From: an uncultured delta proteobacterium
Lineage (GTDB): Bacteria > Myxococcota_A > UBA9160 > SZUA-336
Direction: 5' to 3'
Length of the DNA stretch: 64,000 bases
Assembly (NCBI GenBank): GCA_963704165.1
Contig: CAVPHD010000012.1
Span: 32,001 to 96,000 of the forward strand
Positions 43,730 through 55,100 of the stretch are shown here, in pieces. Below the pieces are notes generated by a model that saw nothing but the letters and a program-made list of their open reading frames with translations, made no database searches and was not told the DNA's origin. Each line of letters opens with the position of its first letter. Within the stretch, counting starts at the first letter, position 1. Position numbers and translations under genes: made by a program.

Positions 43730-45820
43730 TAGCGGGGAAACGCGTCCGGGAGCCCACCATCGACCGGAAGAACCGCACCGGTGGTCGGCGTCTCCTGACG
43801 AGCGAAGAAGACCACCGCACGGCCGACATGCTCCGGTGTGACGCGCGCCTTCAGGAGATTGCGGTTCCGGTAGAACTCCTCGAGATCCCCGGGCTCGATC
43901 CCTCGCGCGGCCGCGCGGCCCGGACCCACCTCCCGCCACAGGCCCGAGGGATTCTCGGACTCGCCGAAGACCGCATCCGCGTTGACCATGTTCACGCGCA
44001 CGCCGATCCCGGCGCCCTCGAGCGCGGCGACGCGGCCGAGCTGGTGTGCTCCGGCCTTCGAAGCGCTGTAGGCGCCGAACTCGACGCCGGGCGCGAACAC
44101 GTTCTTGGTCGAGATCAGCACGATGTTCCCGCCGGTCGCCTGACGTCGGAGCTGGAAGAGCGACTCGCGCAGCGTGAGGAACGCGCCCTTCAGGTTCACG
44201 TCGACGGCCGCCTCGAAATCCTCGAGATCGAGATCCGCGAGCGCGCCGGCGCGCGCGATGCCCGCGTTCACGACCACGACGTCGACCCCGCCGAAGAGCT
44301 CCGCCGCGCGCAGGAACGCGTCGCGGACGTCGCCCTCGTCGGTCACGTCGCAGCACACGCTCTCGCAGCGATCACCGCCGATGCGCTCGCGCGCAGCGTC
44401 GAGACGGGGCTCGTCCTTGTCGACGAGCAGGACGTGCGCCCCGGCGCGCAGGAGTTCGCGCGCGACGCCCTCACCGATCGCACCGGCGCCGCCGGTGACC
44501 AGCGCGACCTGTCCTTCGAGCGCTGCGGAAGATGCGCGCCCGAGCTTCGCCTGCTCGAGGCTCCAGTATTCCATGTCGAAGAGCTCGCTCTCCGAGACAC
44601 CCTCGTAGCGGCCGATCGTCGTCGCCCAGATCTTCGTGCGCAGCGTGTGCTCGGCGATGTCGGCGACGATCCTCGCCTCGCTTCGCGTCCGACCGACGGC
44701 GACCAAGCCGATTCCGGGGAGCACCAGCACGCGCGGCGTCGGATCCAGCATCGTGCGTTCGACCCCCTTCGACGCGATGTTGCGATCGAAGTACTTCGCG
44801 TAGTCGCTCCGGTACGCCTCGATCGTCCTCGCGCAGGCGCGTGGAGAGTCCTTCGAGATTCGCGTACGGCGGTCGCTGGAGAAACAGATAGGGGCCCTTG
44901 GTGCGGATCACGTGATCGGGCGTGATCGGTGCGCTGGCCGCGAGCTCCGGGCCCTGCTCGGCGGCGGCGAAGTGCAGGATCTCGTCGGAGCTCCTGTGCT
45001 CGAGCACGAAGCGTCGGAACGGCTGCTCGAGGTCACCCGTGCGCACGGCAAGCGCGCCGCGCACGACCGACGCGATCTCCTTCCACTCGCGCATCGCCAC
45101 CACCGGACGCGCGTCGAGCGGCCGTCGGCCCTCCATCTGTTCGGCGAGGAATCCACGCGCGTGGCCGACCAACGCGATGTGACGCTCGTAGCTCGTCTTC
45201 GCGTCGGCACCGAACGTGACCAGGCCGTGCTTCTCGAGCACGAGCCCTTCCACGAGCGGATCCCGCTCGAAGATCTCGGCGGCGGATTTCGCGAGCGCGA
45301 AGCCCGGCATCGCCCAGGGAACCCAGCCGATCCGAGCGCCGAAGAGCGCGCGCACACGGGCTTCTCCGTCTGGCTGGTTCGTGAGCGCGAGGATCGCATC
45401 CGCGTGTGAATGGTCGATGAACATCGCGGGAAGAAAGGCGTGGAGCAGCGTCTCGATGCTCGGCGTCGGCGCCGTCGGATCCAGGAGCGCGCGCCGCTGC
45501 TGCGCGACCATGTCCTCGTCCGAGAGCGCATCGAGGACGCGGAGCGCGAGAAGCGGCTCGAGCAGAAGAGCGGGGAGCCCCTCGGGTTCGATCTCGGCGA
45601 GGTCCCAACCGGATCCCTTCACGCGGAGGACCGAGACCTCGCGTCCGAACAGGTCGCGCGCGGACGTCTTGACCGAAGTGTTTCCGCCGCCGTGCAGGAC
45701 CAGGTCCGGCTCGGCTCCGATCAGTCGCGACGTGTAGACACGCTCGCCAAGAGCATCGCCGTCCGCGGAGTAACGCTCGCGGTAGCGCGCGACCTCCGCT
45801 TCACTCCAGCGGCTCTCCAT
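43729..45820 (-). CDS. Bifunctional class II aldolase / short-chain dehydrogenase (apparent +1 frameshift near 44828)
   Basis: LVLHGGGNTSVK, VKGSGWDL, PSIETLLH, DHSHAD, TPDHVIRTK; second frame FDMEYWSLEQAKL, TGGAGAIG, YSASK, RVNMVNAD. Confidence 0.9.
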
Positions 45821-46226
45821 CGCGAGACAACCTAGCAGAGCGAGCTTGGGTTGCCCCCGCAGTCGCGCGCCGATACCCTGCGCGAGTCGGTTCCGAGTGC
45901 GCTCTGCCAAGAGCGATGGCTCGGCCCGGTCAAAGCCGTCGATGAGCGGACGGCGATCGGGGCGGGAGCTGGGTCTCGCGCGACATTCACGCGCTGCGAT
46001 GGGAGGTGGTCCAAAAGTGTTTCAATCAAGCACAGTGACGGCAGAGGTGGTTTCCATCTAGGTACGCCTAGAAACCTGGTGGCGGACCTGGCATGGCCCA
46101 GGAACCACCCGAACCCCGAGGGTCCGCTTGGTCACTGAGCGGGCTTCCGCCAAGGCGGACGCAGACACCTTCGGGGTTTTTCTCGGCCATTTTTCATCGG
46201 GACGCAGACGATTGGGGGCAGCTGAA

Positions 46227-47469
46227 GTGGAGTTCGAGAAGCGCTGCCGCGATCTGCTTCCGAGCCTCCGACGCGAGGCGCACGGCCTGCGTTTCCACGT
46301 CGCGACGATCGACGGTCCGGCGGTGATGTCGTCGTGGACCTCGGCACATCTCGCGCTGGCCCTGCGCCACGTCGATCCCGACGTCGCGCTCTCGGAGCTG
46401 CGCAGCCTGTACTCCGGCTGCCAGCGGGACGACGGCCTGCTCGCGGCCGAGCGCGTCGCCGGAGACGCCGAGCGCAGCGCACGCGCGGGCGAGGTCGGCC
46501 CGATCTTCGGCGAAGACCAGCGATCGCATCTGATCGCGCCGCCGGTCGCCGCGTTCGCCGTCGCGAGCCTGCGTGCTCGCGGGCGCGCCGGACGCTCGTG
46601 ATCTGCTCGAGTGCGCGACGCGCGAGCTCGACGCCATCTGGGGCGAACGACTTCCGCCCGACACGCCCCTGCCCGTGATCCTCCACCCTCTGGAGTCCGG
46701 AGTCCCGCGCTCGGCCCTCTTCGATCGCGATCGTGGACTCCGAGGACGACGACGAGTGGCGCGACGACAGCGCGACGCTGTTCCGCTCCGCCGCCGCGTG
46801 CCGGCTCGATCCCGAGTACGCGCTGCGCGCGGGTCATCCGTTCGTGATCGAGGACCCCGTCTTCTGTGGCTGGCTGCTGCTGGCGCTCGAGGAATCCTCG
46901 CGCGCGCTGGGAGAAGCTCGGCGACACCATGGCGTGTCAGAAGCTGCGCATCCGCGCCGGCATGATCGCGGACGGGATCCACTCCCGTCTCTGGTGGGAG
47001 GAGCAGGAGATCTACACCGGCTGGAACCGCGGCCGGCAGAGCGCGCTTCGGGCCGTGACCGCCGGGGGACTCGTGCCCGCGGCGACGCGCACGCTGATCG
47101 AGGAGGGTACGCCCCGCCGCGTCGTGGACCGCCACCTCCGCCCCGCCGCATCCGCGCTGTGGAGCTCACGCGGCGTCTTCCACGCTCCACCGAAACACGC
47201 CGAACGCGACGACCTCGACGGGCGCGGCGATCGGCCGGACGCCGCGTCGCCGATCGCGCACTTCTGGGCCCACCTCGTGCTCTCGCGCGCCGATCGGCCC
47301 GCAGAGGCGCGCATCGCCCGCGACCCAGCTCGAGGAGCTCGCCCTCGCGCGCGGGTTCCAGTGCGAATACGAGATCGGCCTCGACGAGCCCGAGACGGCG
47401 TCCCGGGACAGCTCCGCGTGCCCGTTGCTCGCCCTCGGAATGCGCGAACAGGAAGGGGGTCTGCTGTAG
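46227..47469 (+). CDS. GH63/MGH1-like glycoside hydrolase homolog, degenerate, with four apparent +1 frameshifts
   Basis: SWTSAHLAL, QRDDGLL, SHLIAPPV, ILHPLESG, FVIEDPVF, RLW, GFQCEY across frames; shifts near 46572, 46727, 46910, 47322; start uncertain (46128 or 46227). Confidence 0.6.
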
Positions 47470-47485
47470 ACTGGAGCGCGACACC

Positions 47486-48094
47486 ATGGGCTTCTACGAA
47501 CGCTACGTCTTCCCGCGCGTCCTCGACTTCGCGATGCGAAGGATGGAGCCGCTGCGCGGCGGCGTGCTCGCGCCAGCGACGGGTGACGTGCTCGAGATCG
47601 GATTTGGCACCGGGCTGAACCTGGCGCATTACCCCGATTCCGTCCGATCCCTTTCCGCGGTCGATCCGATGGATGCACTGCCGGAGCGCGTCGCGGAGCG
47701 GATCGCGGCGTCGGCGTTCCCCGTCGAGCGACACCGCCTGCGCGCCGATGGCCGGCTGCCGTTCGACGCCGCGCGCTTCGACTGCGCCGCGATGACCTGG
47801 ACGCTGTGCACGATCCCCGATCCGATCGCGGCGTTGCGCGAGCTTCGCCGCGTGCTGAAGCCCGGTGGGACGCTGCTCTTCATCGAGCACGGCCGCAGCG
47901 ACGATCCGCGCGTCGCTCGGTTTCAAGATCGCTGGAATCCGATCCAGAAGGTGATCGGCGTCGGCTGCAATGCAAATCGCAAGATCGACGCGTTGATTCG
48001 CGAAGGCGGCTTCGAGTTCGAGAAGCTCGACCGTTTCAAGGCCGACGGTCCGCGCTTCCTCGCCGAGATGTACAGCGGGGTCGCTCGGAGCTGA
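47486..48094 (+). CDS. Class I SAM-dependent methyltransferase
   Basis: VLEIGFGTGLNL, LPFD, WTLCTIPD, RVLKPGG, FIEHG. Confidence 0.92.
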   Translation: MGFYERYVFPRVLDFAMRRMEPLRGGVLAPATGDVLEIGFGTGLNLAHYPDSVRSLSAVDPMDALPERVAERIAASAFPVERHRLRADGRLPFDAARFDCAAMTWTLCTIPDPIAALRELRRVLKPGGTLLFIEHGRSDDPRVARFQDRWNPIQKVIGVGCNANRKIDALIREGGFEFEKLDRFKADGPRFLAEMYSGVARS

Positions 48095-48099
48095 GTCGC

Positions 48100-48168
48100 T
48101 TGCGCCTGTGCCGGTCGCGGCGTAGGCTTCGTTCCAAATCAAGAACCGGCGTTCTGAATAATGGAACG
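48100..48168 (+). promoter_or_regulatory. sigma70-type promoter with tandem inverted-repeat operator (probable IclR autoregulation)
   Basis: TTGCGC-N17-TAGGCT followed by GTTCCAAATCAAGAAC and GTTCTGAATAATGGAAC overlapping the ATG. Confidence 0.6.
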
Positions 48169-48952
48169 ATCAGGCGACTTCAGCGGAACCATCGACAAGG
48201 CCCTCGAGCTGCTCTTCCACCTGCACGAGCAGCCCGCGGCGCGCGGCGTGTCGGAGCTCGGCCGCACGCTCTCGCTCCCGAAATCGACGGCGCATCGGCT
48301 GCTCACCTCGCTCTCGAAGCGCGGCCTGGTCGAGCGCGACGCGCTCGGCCGCTATCGGCCGGGCATCGCGCTCGTGGCGCTGGGGCTCGGCGTCCTCGAG
48401 CGCGAGCCGCTGGTGGAGGCGGCGCGCCCGGTTCTCGAGCGCAAAGCGGAGGCGCTCGGCGAAACGATCTTCCTGTCGGGCGCGCGGGCCGGCCGACTCT
48501 ACGTGCTCGACAAGCAGGAGGGCTCGGGCTTCCTGCGCGCCGCGCCGCGCGTCGGCAGCGAGATTCCAGCGCACGCGACCGCGATCGGAAAACTGTATCT
48601 CGCGTTCGCGCCCGACGATCTGCTTCGGACCGAAGCGAAGCTGCATCGCTTCACGCCCGAGACGCTGATCGATACGGCGGAGCTGGCGCGCGAGATCGAG
48701 CGCGTGCGCGCGAACGGCGTCGCCGAGATGCGCGACGAGTGGATTCCCGGGCTGGCCGGGGTGGCCGCACCGATCCGGCTCGGCGAGCGGCTCCTGGGCG
48801 CGATCGCGCTCGCGGCACCGAGCTCGCACTTCTCCGGTGCGAACGAGCGCCCCTTCCGAGACGGAGTGCTCGCGGCGGCCCTTGAGATCGAGACCCGCGT
48901 CGCGGGCGGCCGGGCTGAGGCTCGGCCCCGACGCGCAGGAGGTGACACATGA
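48161..48952 (+). CDS. IclR family transcriptional regulator
   Basis: IDKALELL, GVSELGRTLSLPKSTAHRLL, PAHATAIGKLYLA, GVAAPI. Confidence 0.93.
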   Translation: MERSGDFSGTIDKALELLFHLHEQPAARGVSELGRTLSLPKSTAHRLLTSLSKRGLVERDALGRYRPGIALVALGLGVLEREPLVEAARPVLERKAEALGETIFLSGARAGRLYVLDKQEGSGFLRAAPRVGSEIPAHATAIGKLYLAFAPDDLLRTEAKLHRFTPETLIDTAELAREIERVRANGVAEMRDEWIPGLAGVAAPIRLGERLLGAIALAAPSSHFSGANERPFRDGVLAAALEIETRVAGGRAEARPRRAGGDT

Positions 48953-49821
48953 AGGTGTGGATCGACGGACGCGTGGTCGATGGCAGCGAAGCGCGCGTTC
49001 CGGTCACCGATCACGGACTGCTCTACGGCGACGGGATCTTCGAGGGCATCCGCCTCGCGGGCGGTCGCGTGTTTCGGCTCGACAGCCACCTGGCGCGGCT
49101 CCGGGATTCCGGCCGCGCGATCGGCCTCGAGCTTCCCGGCGGTGTCGCCGCCATCCGCGCCATCGTGCTCGAAACCGCGCGCGCCTGGGGTCGCCCCGAC
49201 GGTTACGTGCGACTGCTCGTCACGCGCGGCGACGGCGCCATGGGTGTGGATCCGACGCGCTGTCCGAGCCCGCGCGTGATCTGCATCGCCTGCGAGATCG
49301 AGCTGTACCCGGTGAGCCTGCTCGAATCCGGGATCTCGATGGTGACGGTGAGCACGAGAAAGCCGGGGCCGGACGTGCTCGATCCTCGCGTCAAGAGCCT
49401 CAACTACCTGAACAGCGTGCTCGCCAAACGCGAGGCTCGCCTGCGCGGCGCCGACGAAGCGCTGATCCTGAACTCCGCGGGGAGGGTGGCCGAGGCCGCG
49501 GTGGCGAACGTCTTCGCGTTCCGGCGCGGCAAGCTCTCTACTCCACCCGCGTCCGACGGTGCGCTCGAGGGGGTGACACGTGGCAGTGTTCTCGAGCTCG
49601 CCGCCGAGTTCGGCATTCCCGCGGAGGAGCGCAGCCTGACTCGAATGGACCTGCTCTCGGCCGACGAGGTCTTCGTGTCCGGGACAGGGGCACGGATCGT
49701 CGGCGTGCGCTCGCTCGACGGTGAGGAGATCGGAGTTCGAGCACCGGGGCCGGTCACGGAGAAGCTCGCCGCGGCCTTCGGCGAGTTGGCGCGGACCGAC
49801 GGGGTGGTCTTCCTCGACTAG
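48949..49821 (+). CDS. Class IV aminotransferase (second IlvE-like paralog)
   Basis: DHGLLYGDGIFEGIR, VKSLNYLNSVLAK, ALEGVTR, EVFVSGTGA; ATGA overlap with IclR gene. Confidence 0.9.
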   Translation: MKVWIDGRVVDGSEARVPVTDHGLLYGDGIFEGIRLAGGRVFRLDSHLARLRDSGRAIGLELPGGVAAIRAIVLETARAWGRPDGYVRLLVTRGDGAMGVDPTRCPSPRVICIACEIELYPVSLLESGISMVTVSTRKPGPDVLDPRVKSLNYLNSVLAKREARLRGADEALILNSAGRVAEAAVANVFAFRRGKLSTPPASDGALEGVTRGSVLELAAEFGIPAEERSLTRMDLLSADEVFVSGTGARIVGVRSLDGEEIGVRAPGPVTEKLAAAFGELARTDGVVFLD

Positions 49822-50501
49822 CGGGAGTCCGGGATCCGCGAGTGGTGTGCGATCTGCTCGTCGGAGTACGCGTACTCCGGGCCGACCACGCACGCCCGCC
49901 GGGCATCGCAGGCTCGAGCACAGGCCGGAAGCGTGAGTCGCACCTGGTAGCAGGCCGCCGAATCGACGCCGCTTGCGCCGACGACACCGCCGTGGCACGC
50001 GCCGACGCACGGAGCCGGGCAACCGTCGCAAGGTGAATACGGCTCGGGCACGCTCTGCGCGACGCTCTCGGACACGAGCAGCACCGCGCGAATTCCGATC
50101 CAAGGTCCGTAGCGGGGATGAATCAGGACGCCCACGCGACCGGGCGCGCCGAAGCCCGCGCTCTTCGCCAGCGCGACGAGCGGAAGGTACACACCATCGC
50201 GTCGGTCCGCGTAGAAGCCGATCGACGCTCCCGGATCGCAGAGCGACGCCGACTCGGCGAGCACGCGCCGCGTGTACGCGTCGAGCGGATCGTGCAGGAG
50301 CGCGCGCTCCGGCGAGCGCGTGAAGCGCTCCCAGAGCACGCGCCCCGCGTTCCCGACGACGAGCGCACCGCGTGCGCCCTTTGCGATCCGCGCGGAGCGC
50401 CACGGTTCCGGGACGAGCGCGTCGTACGCGGTGATCGAGAGCGTGCCGGTCAGCCCGAGTCCGGCGTCCGCGAGCCGAGCGACGGTTTCTTCGAGGCTCA
50501 A
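49818..50501 (-). CDS. QueG/MMACHC-like Cys-rich Fe-S protein
   Basis: VVGNAG..LW, DPLDAYT, LIHPRYGPWIGIRA, PCDGCPAPCVGAC, CDARRACVVG; TTGA overlap. Confidence 0.7.
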   Translation of the reverse strand: MSLEETVARLADAGLGLTGTLSITAYDALVPEPWRSARIAKGARGALVVGNAGRVLWERFTRSPERALLHDPLDAYTRRVLAESASLCDPGASIGFYADRRDGVYLPLVALAKSAGFGAPGRVGVLIHPRYGPWIGIRAVLLVSESVAQSVPEPYSPCDGCPAPCVGACHGGVVGASGVDSAACYQVRLTLPACARACDARRACVVGPEYAYSDEQIAHHSRIPDSR

Positions 50502-51442
50502 GCCCCGCTCTCGAAACGTTGCCCGAGCGAGATCCCGACTCGTTTCGCGAATTCCGCGGCCGCCTCCTTCCCGGCGCCGGCTCGCACGCGCCCGACCCGC
50601 AGCACGCCGCCGCTTAGAGCGATCGCGAGCCCCTCCGCGTCGCACGCGACGACACTCCCCGCGGTCGGTCCCCCCGCATCGGGAAGGAGCGCGGAGTCGA
50701 AGAGCCGGACCGGTTCGCCCGCGAGGCGCAGGAACGCCCCGGGTTGGGGATCACAGCCGCGCACGAGCCGACCGATGACGTCTGCGGGCGCCTTCAGATC
50801 GATCGCGGCCACCGCGTCATCGACGAGCCCATGCGAGGTCGCGCGGGATTCGTCCTGCGTCCAGGGACGCGCACGGCCGCTCGCGATCAGCTCCACGGCC
50901 TCGACGAGTGCCTCGATCCCGAGAGGCTGGAGCTTCTCGAAGAAGAGCGATGAACTCGTCTCCGTGTCCGAGATCGTCACTCCGCCCCTTTGCACGACGA
51001 TCGGGCCGGTATCGACGCCGTCGTCCGGAACGAAGATCGATACGCCCGACTCGCGCTCGCCGAGAATGATCTGGTACTGCAGCGCCGCGCCTCCGCGGAA
51101 CCGCGGCAAGAGCGACGGGTGGAAGCACAGGCTCTTGTGCCGCGGCGCGTCGGTGATCTCGCGCGGCAGGAAGACCTGGACCGACGCGAGCAGATTCAAA
51201 TCGGCTTCGAGCGCACGGTACTCCGAGAGGGCCGCGGCGATCGGCTCTCCGTTCTTCTTGCGGAAGAATCGACGCCGCACGAGTGGGATACCGAGCTCGG
51301 CGGCGCGCTCGACGAGGACGTCGGGCCGGCCTGTGTCGGGCGGTGCGAAGACGGCGACGACATCGTGCCCCTTCGCACGCACGCGCTCGAGTGTTTCGCG
51401 GCCGAACGCCGCCTGTCCGAACAGCGCGATGCGAAGGCTCAT
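50498..51442 (-). CDS. Formyltransferase family protein (10-formyl-THF dehydrogenase hydrolase-domain-like)
   Basis: RIALFGQAAFG, FHPSLLPRFRG, DDGVDTG, RGCDPQPGA. Confidence 0.88.
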   Translation of the reverse strand: MSLRIALFGQAAFGRETLERVRAKGHDVVAVFAPPDTGRPDVLVERAAELGIPLVRRRFFRKKNGEPIAAALSEYRALEADLNLLASVQVFLPREITDAPRHKSLCFHPSLLPRFRGGAALQYQIILGERESGVSIFVPDDGVDTGPIVVQRGGVTISDTETSSSLFFEKLQPLGIEALVEAVELIASGRARPWTQDESRATSHGLVDDAVAAIDLKAPADVIGRLVRGCDPQPGAFLRLAGEPVRLFDSALLPDAGGPTAGSVVACDAEGLAIALSGGVLRVGRVRAGAGKEAAAEFAKRVGISLGQRFESGA

Positions 51443-52080
51443 TCGGGCAGCCTATCACGCGGTCCGAGCGATCGGACCGGGCGCGCCGGGTGACCGATGG
51501 CGAGTACACCCGGCGGCAGATCTCGAGTCACGACGGATCGCGCACCGACGACGACGCCGTCACCGATCGTGACGCCCTGAAGGATCGTGACGTCCGAGGC
51601 GATCCAGACCCTCTCACCGATCGTCACCGGACTGCTGCGTTCCGGTGTGTGGATGTCGAGGTGGTGGAAGTCCGAGTCGAGCACGCGTGAGCCGAAGCCG
51701 ATCATCGAATCGTCACCCATGCGGATGCCGACGTTCGCGTGCAGCATCGCTCCATTCACCAAGCAGCGCGCTCCGAGCTCGATGCTCGCGCCCTCGGCCA
51801 CCGTCACGTAGTTCGGACCACATTCCGTGCGCAGCCAGACGCGTCGTCCGAGCGAGAGCGACCCGCCCGACTGAACCCAGACGTGGTTCGCACGACGGCG
51901 TTCCGTCGCGTAGCCATCACCGACCACGACGCGCGCCCCCGGCTCGATTCGCAGGTCCGTGAGGCGCAGATTCGGCGAGACGGACGCACCGAGCTCGAGT
52001 CTCTCGCCGAAACGCTGGCGCCAGATCGCGAAACGGAATCGGTCCCAGGCGTAGATCGCGCGCAGCAGCTCGGCTTGCAT
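51439..52080 (-). CDS. Hexapeptide-repeat acyltransferase
   Basis: LDSDFH, PVTIGERVWIA, GVTIGDGVVVGARSVVT, GHPARPV. Confidence 0.88.
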   Translation of the reverse strand: MQAELLRAIYAWDRFRFAIWRQRFGERLELGASVSPNLRLTDLRIEPGARVVVGDGYATERRRANHVWVQSGGSLSLGRRVWLRTECGPNYVTVAEGASIELGARCLVNGAMLHANVGIRMGDDSMIGFGSRVLDSDFHHLDIHTPERSSPVTIGERVWIASDVTILQGVTIGDGVVVGARSVVTRDLPPGVLAIGHPARPVRSLGPRDRLPE

Positions 52081-52160
52081 GGCGGCGGAGTCTACCACTG
52101 GAGCGTGGTGTCACTCGCGCGCTCCACTTCGGCCGCATGGGCGACCGATAAGCGCCTGCG

Positions 52161-55100
52161 GTGACCGACTCGAAAGACGCGCTCTTCGCCCTCGTCCTCG
52201 CCGAGCTCGAGCGAACGCTCGATCCACGCGAGCTCCGGCGTCGCGAGCGCGATGGGCTCGTCGAGCTCGCCCAGGATGCGGCGTACTTCGCCGAGCTGCG
52301 CGCGCCCGGGGAAGCGCGCGTGAGGGTCGCGTGTCCGGGAGGGTTTCGCGCTGGCCGGACCAGCGTCGAGATCCTCGCGTCCGATCAGCCTTTCATCGTC
52401 GATACCGTGCGGCTGGTGCTCCGGAAACGCGGACTGCGCGAGCTCGTCCTGTTGCATCCGCTGCTCGCGATCGAGCGCGACGTCGACGGCGGCATCGCGA
52501 GGGTGGGCCGGGACTCCGTCGATCGCACACGCGAGTCGTACGTCTACGCCGAAATCCACGCTCTCGAGGACGACGCAGGGCGTGCGAGTCTCGAATCCGA
52601 GCTCGAGAACGCGCTCGCCGACGCACGCAGGGTCGTCGGCGATCACGCGCCCATGCTCGCCAGCCTGCGCGAACACGCCGCGAGCATCGAGTCCTGCGCC
52701 GCCGCCCTCTCGGGAGGCGGGGATCGCGCGCGGAATCTCGCGGAGATCCTTCACTGGCTCGAGACCGAGGGTTTTCTCTTCATGGGGTATCGCCGCTACG
52801 CGGTGCACCGCGAAGTGGGAGGGTTCCGCGTCGCCCACGAGCCCTCGAGCGCGCTCGGCATCCTGACCGATGTGGACGACTCCCGCTTCGACGATCCCGC
52901 CGTGAGCGCGTCCGTGCCCCCGCTCGTCGCGTCGCGGCTCGAGGACGAACGCGTGATCTTCTTCGACAAGACACGCAGCGACTCGACGGTTCACCGTCGA
53001 GGGCGGCTCGACTCCGTATCGGTCAAGCTGCTCGACGAGCATGCGCGGGTCGTCGGCTTCGGACGGTTCGTCGGCATGCTCACGAACCGAGCGATGCGCA
53101 TGCGCCCCTCCGCGCTGGGGATTCTCGGAGCGCGGCGAGCGCGGGTCGTGGAATCGCTCGTGACCGAATCGGGCTCGCACACGCACAAGCTCGCGCTCGA
53201 GGCGTACGACTGCCTTCCCCTCGAGTTCCTGCTTCCAGCGGAGCATGACCAGGTGAGAAGGGTCGTCGCGAGCGTCGTTGCGGCGTCCGAAACGGGACAG
53301 ACCACGGTCGTGAGCGTGCCCGACCTCGAGAACCGGTCCTTCTTCGTCTCGGTCGTCCTTCCACGCCGGTCGTACGAGGAGCGCTTCCGAATCGAGATCG
53401 ATCGCCTCCTGGTGAACCGCCACGGCGCGAGCCGGATCGACCACCGGACCTCGTTCCTCGACGAGGATCTCGCACTCGTTCACTTCTTCTGCGCCTGCGA
53501 GTCCGATCTCGATCCGGGCGCGTTCGGCTCGCTCGAATTCGACGTGCGTGGCGTGGTCGAGCGCTGGCAGGATCGCTTCGAAGAGGCCATAGCGATCGCC
53601 CGGCCGAACGAACGAGCGTTCCAGCTCGCCGAGCGGTACGCGACGTCGTTTCCCGATTCGTATCGCGTCGTCACGTCGCCGGCCGAGGCCGTGCTCGACG
53701 TCGGCCATCTCGAGCGCCTGCGTAGCGGCGAGTCGAGCGTCGAGATCGGGCTCGACTTCGCCACCGCCTACGGCGACGCCCGCACCCACCGGCTCAAGCT
53801 GTATCTCTGCGAGCGACCGTACCTGACGGACATACTTCCGATCGTGCACCGGTTCGGCGTGCACGTCGTGGACGCGACGCTGACGGAGATCTCCATCCCG
53901 TCCCAACGGTCGCTGTGGGTGGTGTCGTTTCGGATCGAGCCGATCGAGGCCGACGGCGACCGGTCGGGCGCGGTCGAGGCGCGCGTGCTCGACGGACTGC
54001 GTGCGGTGCTCTCGGGGCGGGTCGGAAGCGACGAGTTGAATCGACTCGTGCTCGTGGCCGGTCTCGATTGGCGCACGGTCGACCTGCTTCGTGCCTATCT
54101 CGAGTACGCGAGGCAGATCGGACAGGCGCCGGCGTGGCTGCTCGCGTGCGAAGTGCTCGCACGACATCGCCACGCCGTGCGCGCGCTCGCCGAGCTGTTC
54201 CGTGCGCGCCTCGACCCGGATCTCGCATCGACGCGCGCGTCCGCGATCGCGCAGGCCACGCAGGCGCTCGCCGACGCCCGAAGCCCGATTCCCAGTGCCG
54301 CGGAGGATCGCGTCTTCGGCGTGCTCGAATCGCTGATCGCGGCGACGCTGCGGACGAGCTTCTTCGTCCCGTCGGGATTCGAGGCGAAGCACGAGATCGC
54401 CCTGAAGCTCGACTCACGTGCGATTCCCGGAATGCCCGCACCGGTGCCGCTCTGCGAGATCTTCGTCCATTCGATCGAGTTCGTCGGGATTCACCTGCGC
54501 GGCGGAAAGGTCGCTCGCGGCGGATTGCGCTGGAGCGATCGCTTGGGGGATCTCCGCACCGAGATTCTCGCGCTGTGGAAGACGCAGCGCGTGAAGAACG
54601 GGCTGATCGTTCCGGTGGGCGCCAAGGGTGGATTCGCATTGAAGCGCGGATCGCTCGATGCGAGCGCGGGGCGTGCCGAGGCCGACCGGATCTACCCGCG
54701 CTTCGTCGCCGCGTTGCTTCGTCTCACCGACGACGTGCGAGGTGAGCTCATCGTCGCTCCGGAGCGCGTGGTGCGACACGATGGCGACGATCCGTATCTC
54801 GTCGTCGCAGCCGACAAGGGCACGTCGCATCTATCCGACGTCGCGAATCGCGTCGCACAGGATGCGGGCTTCTGGCTCGGCGACGCCTTCGCCAGCGGCG
54901 GCAGCAACGGCTACGACCACAAGCGCTGTGCGATCACCGCTCGCGGCGCGTGGCTCTGCGCACATCGCCACTTCTCGGAGCTCGGCCGGGATCCGGAGCG
55001 CGAGGTCTTCACGGTCGCGGGAATCGGGGACATGTCGGGCGACGTCTTCGGCAATGGACTTCTGCTGATGCGCCGCGCGAAGCTCGTCGCCGCGTTCGAT

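Noticed and set aside
46088..46105. sigma54 promoter upstream of the GH63-like gene (TGGCATGG...)
   Set aside because: No GC at the -12 position
52123..52151. sigma28-like promoter before gdhB (TCCA-N17-ACCGATAA)
   Set aside because: Both the -35 element and the spacing deviate from the better matches
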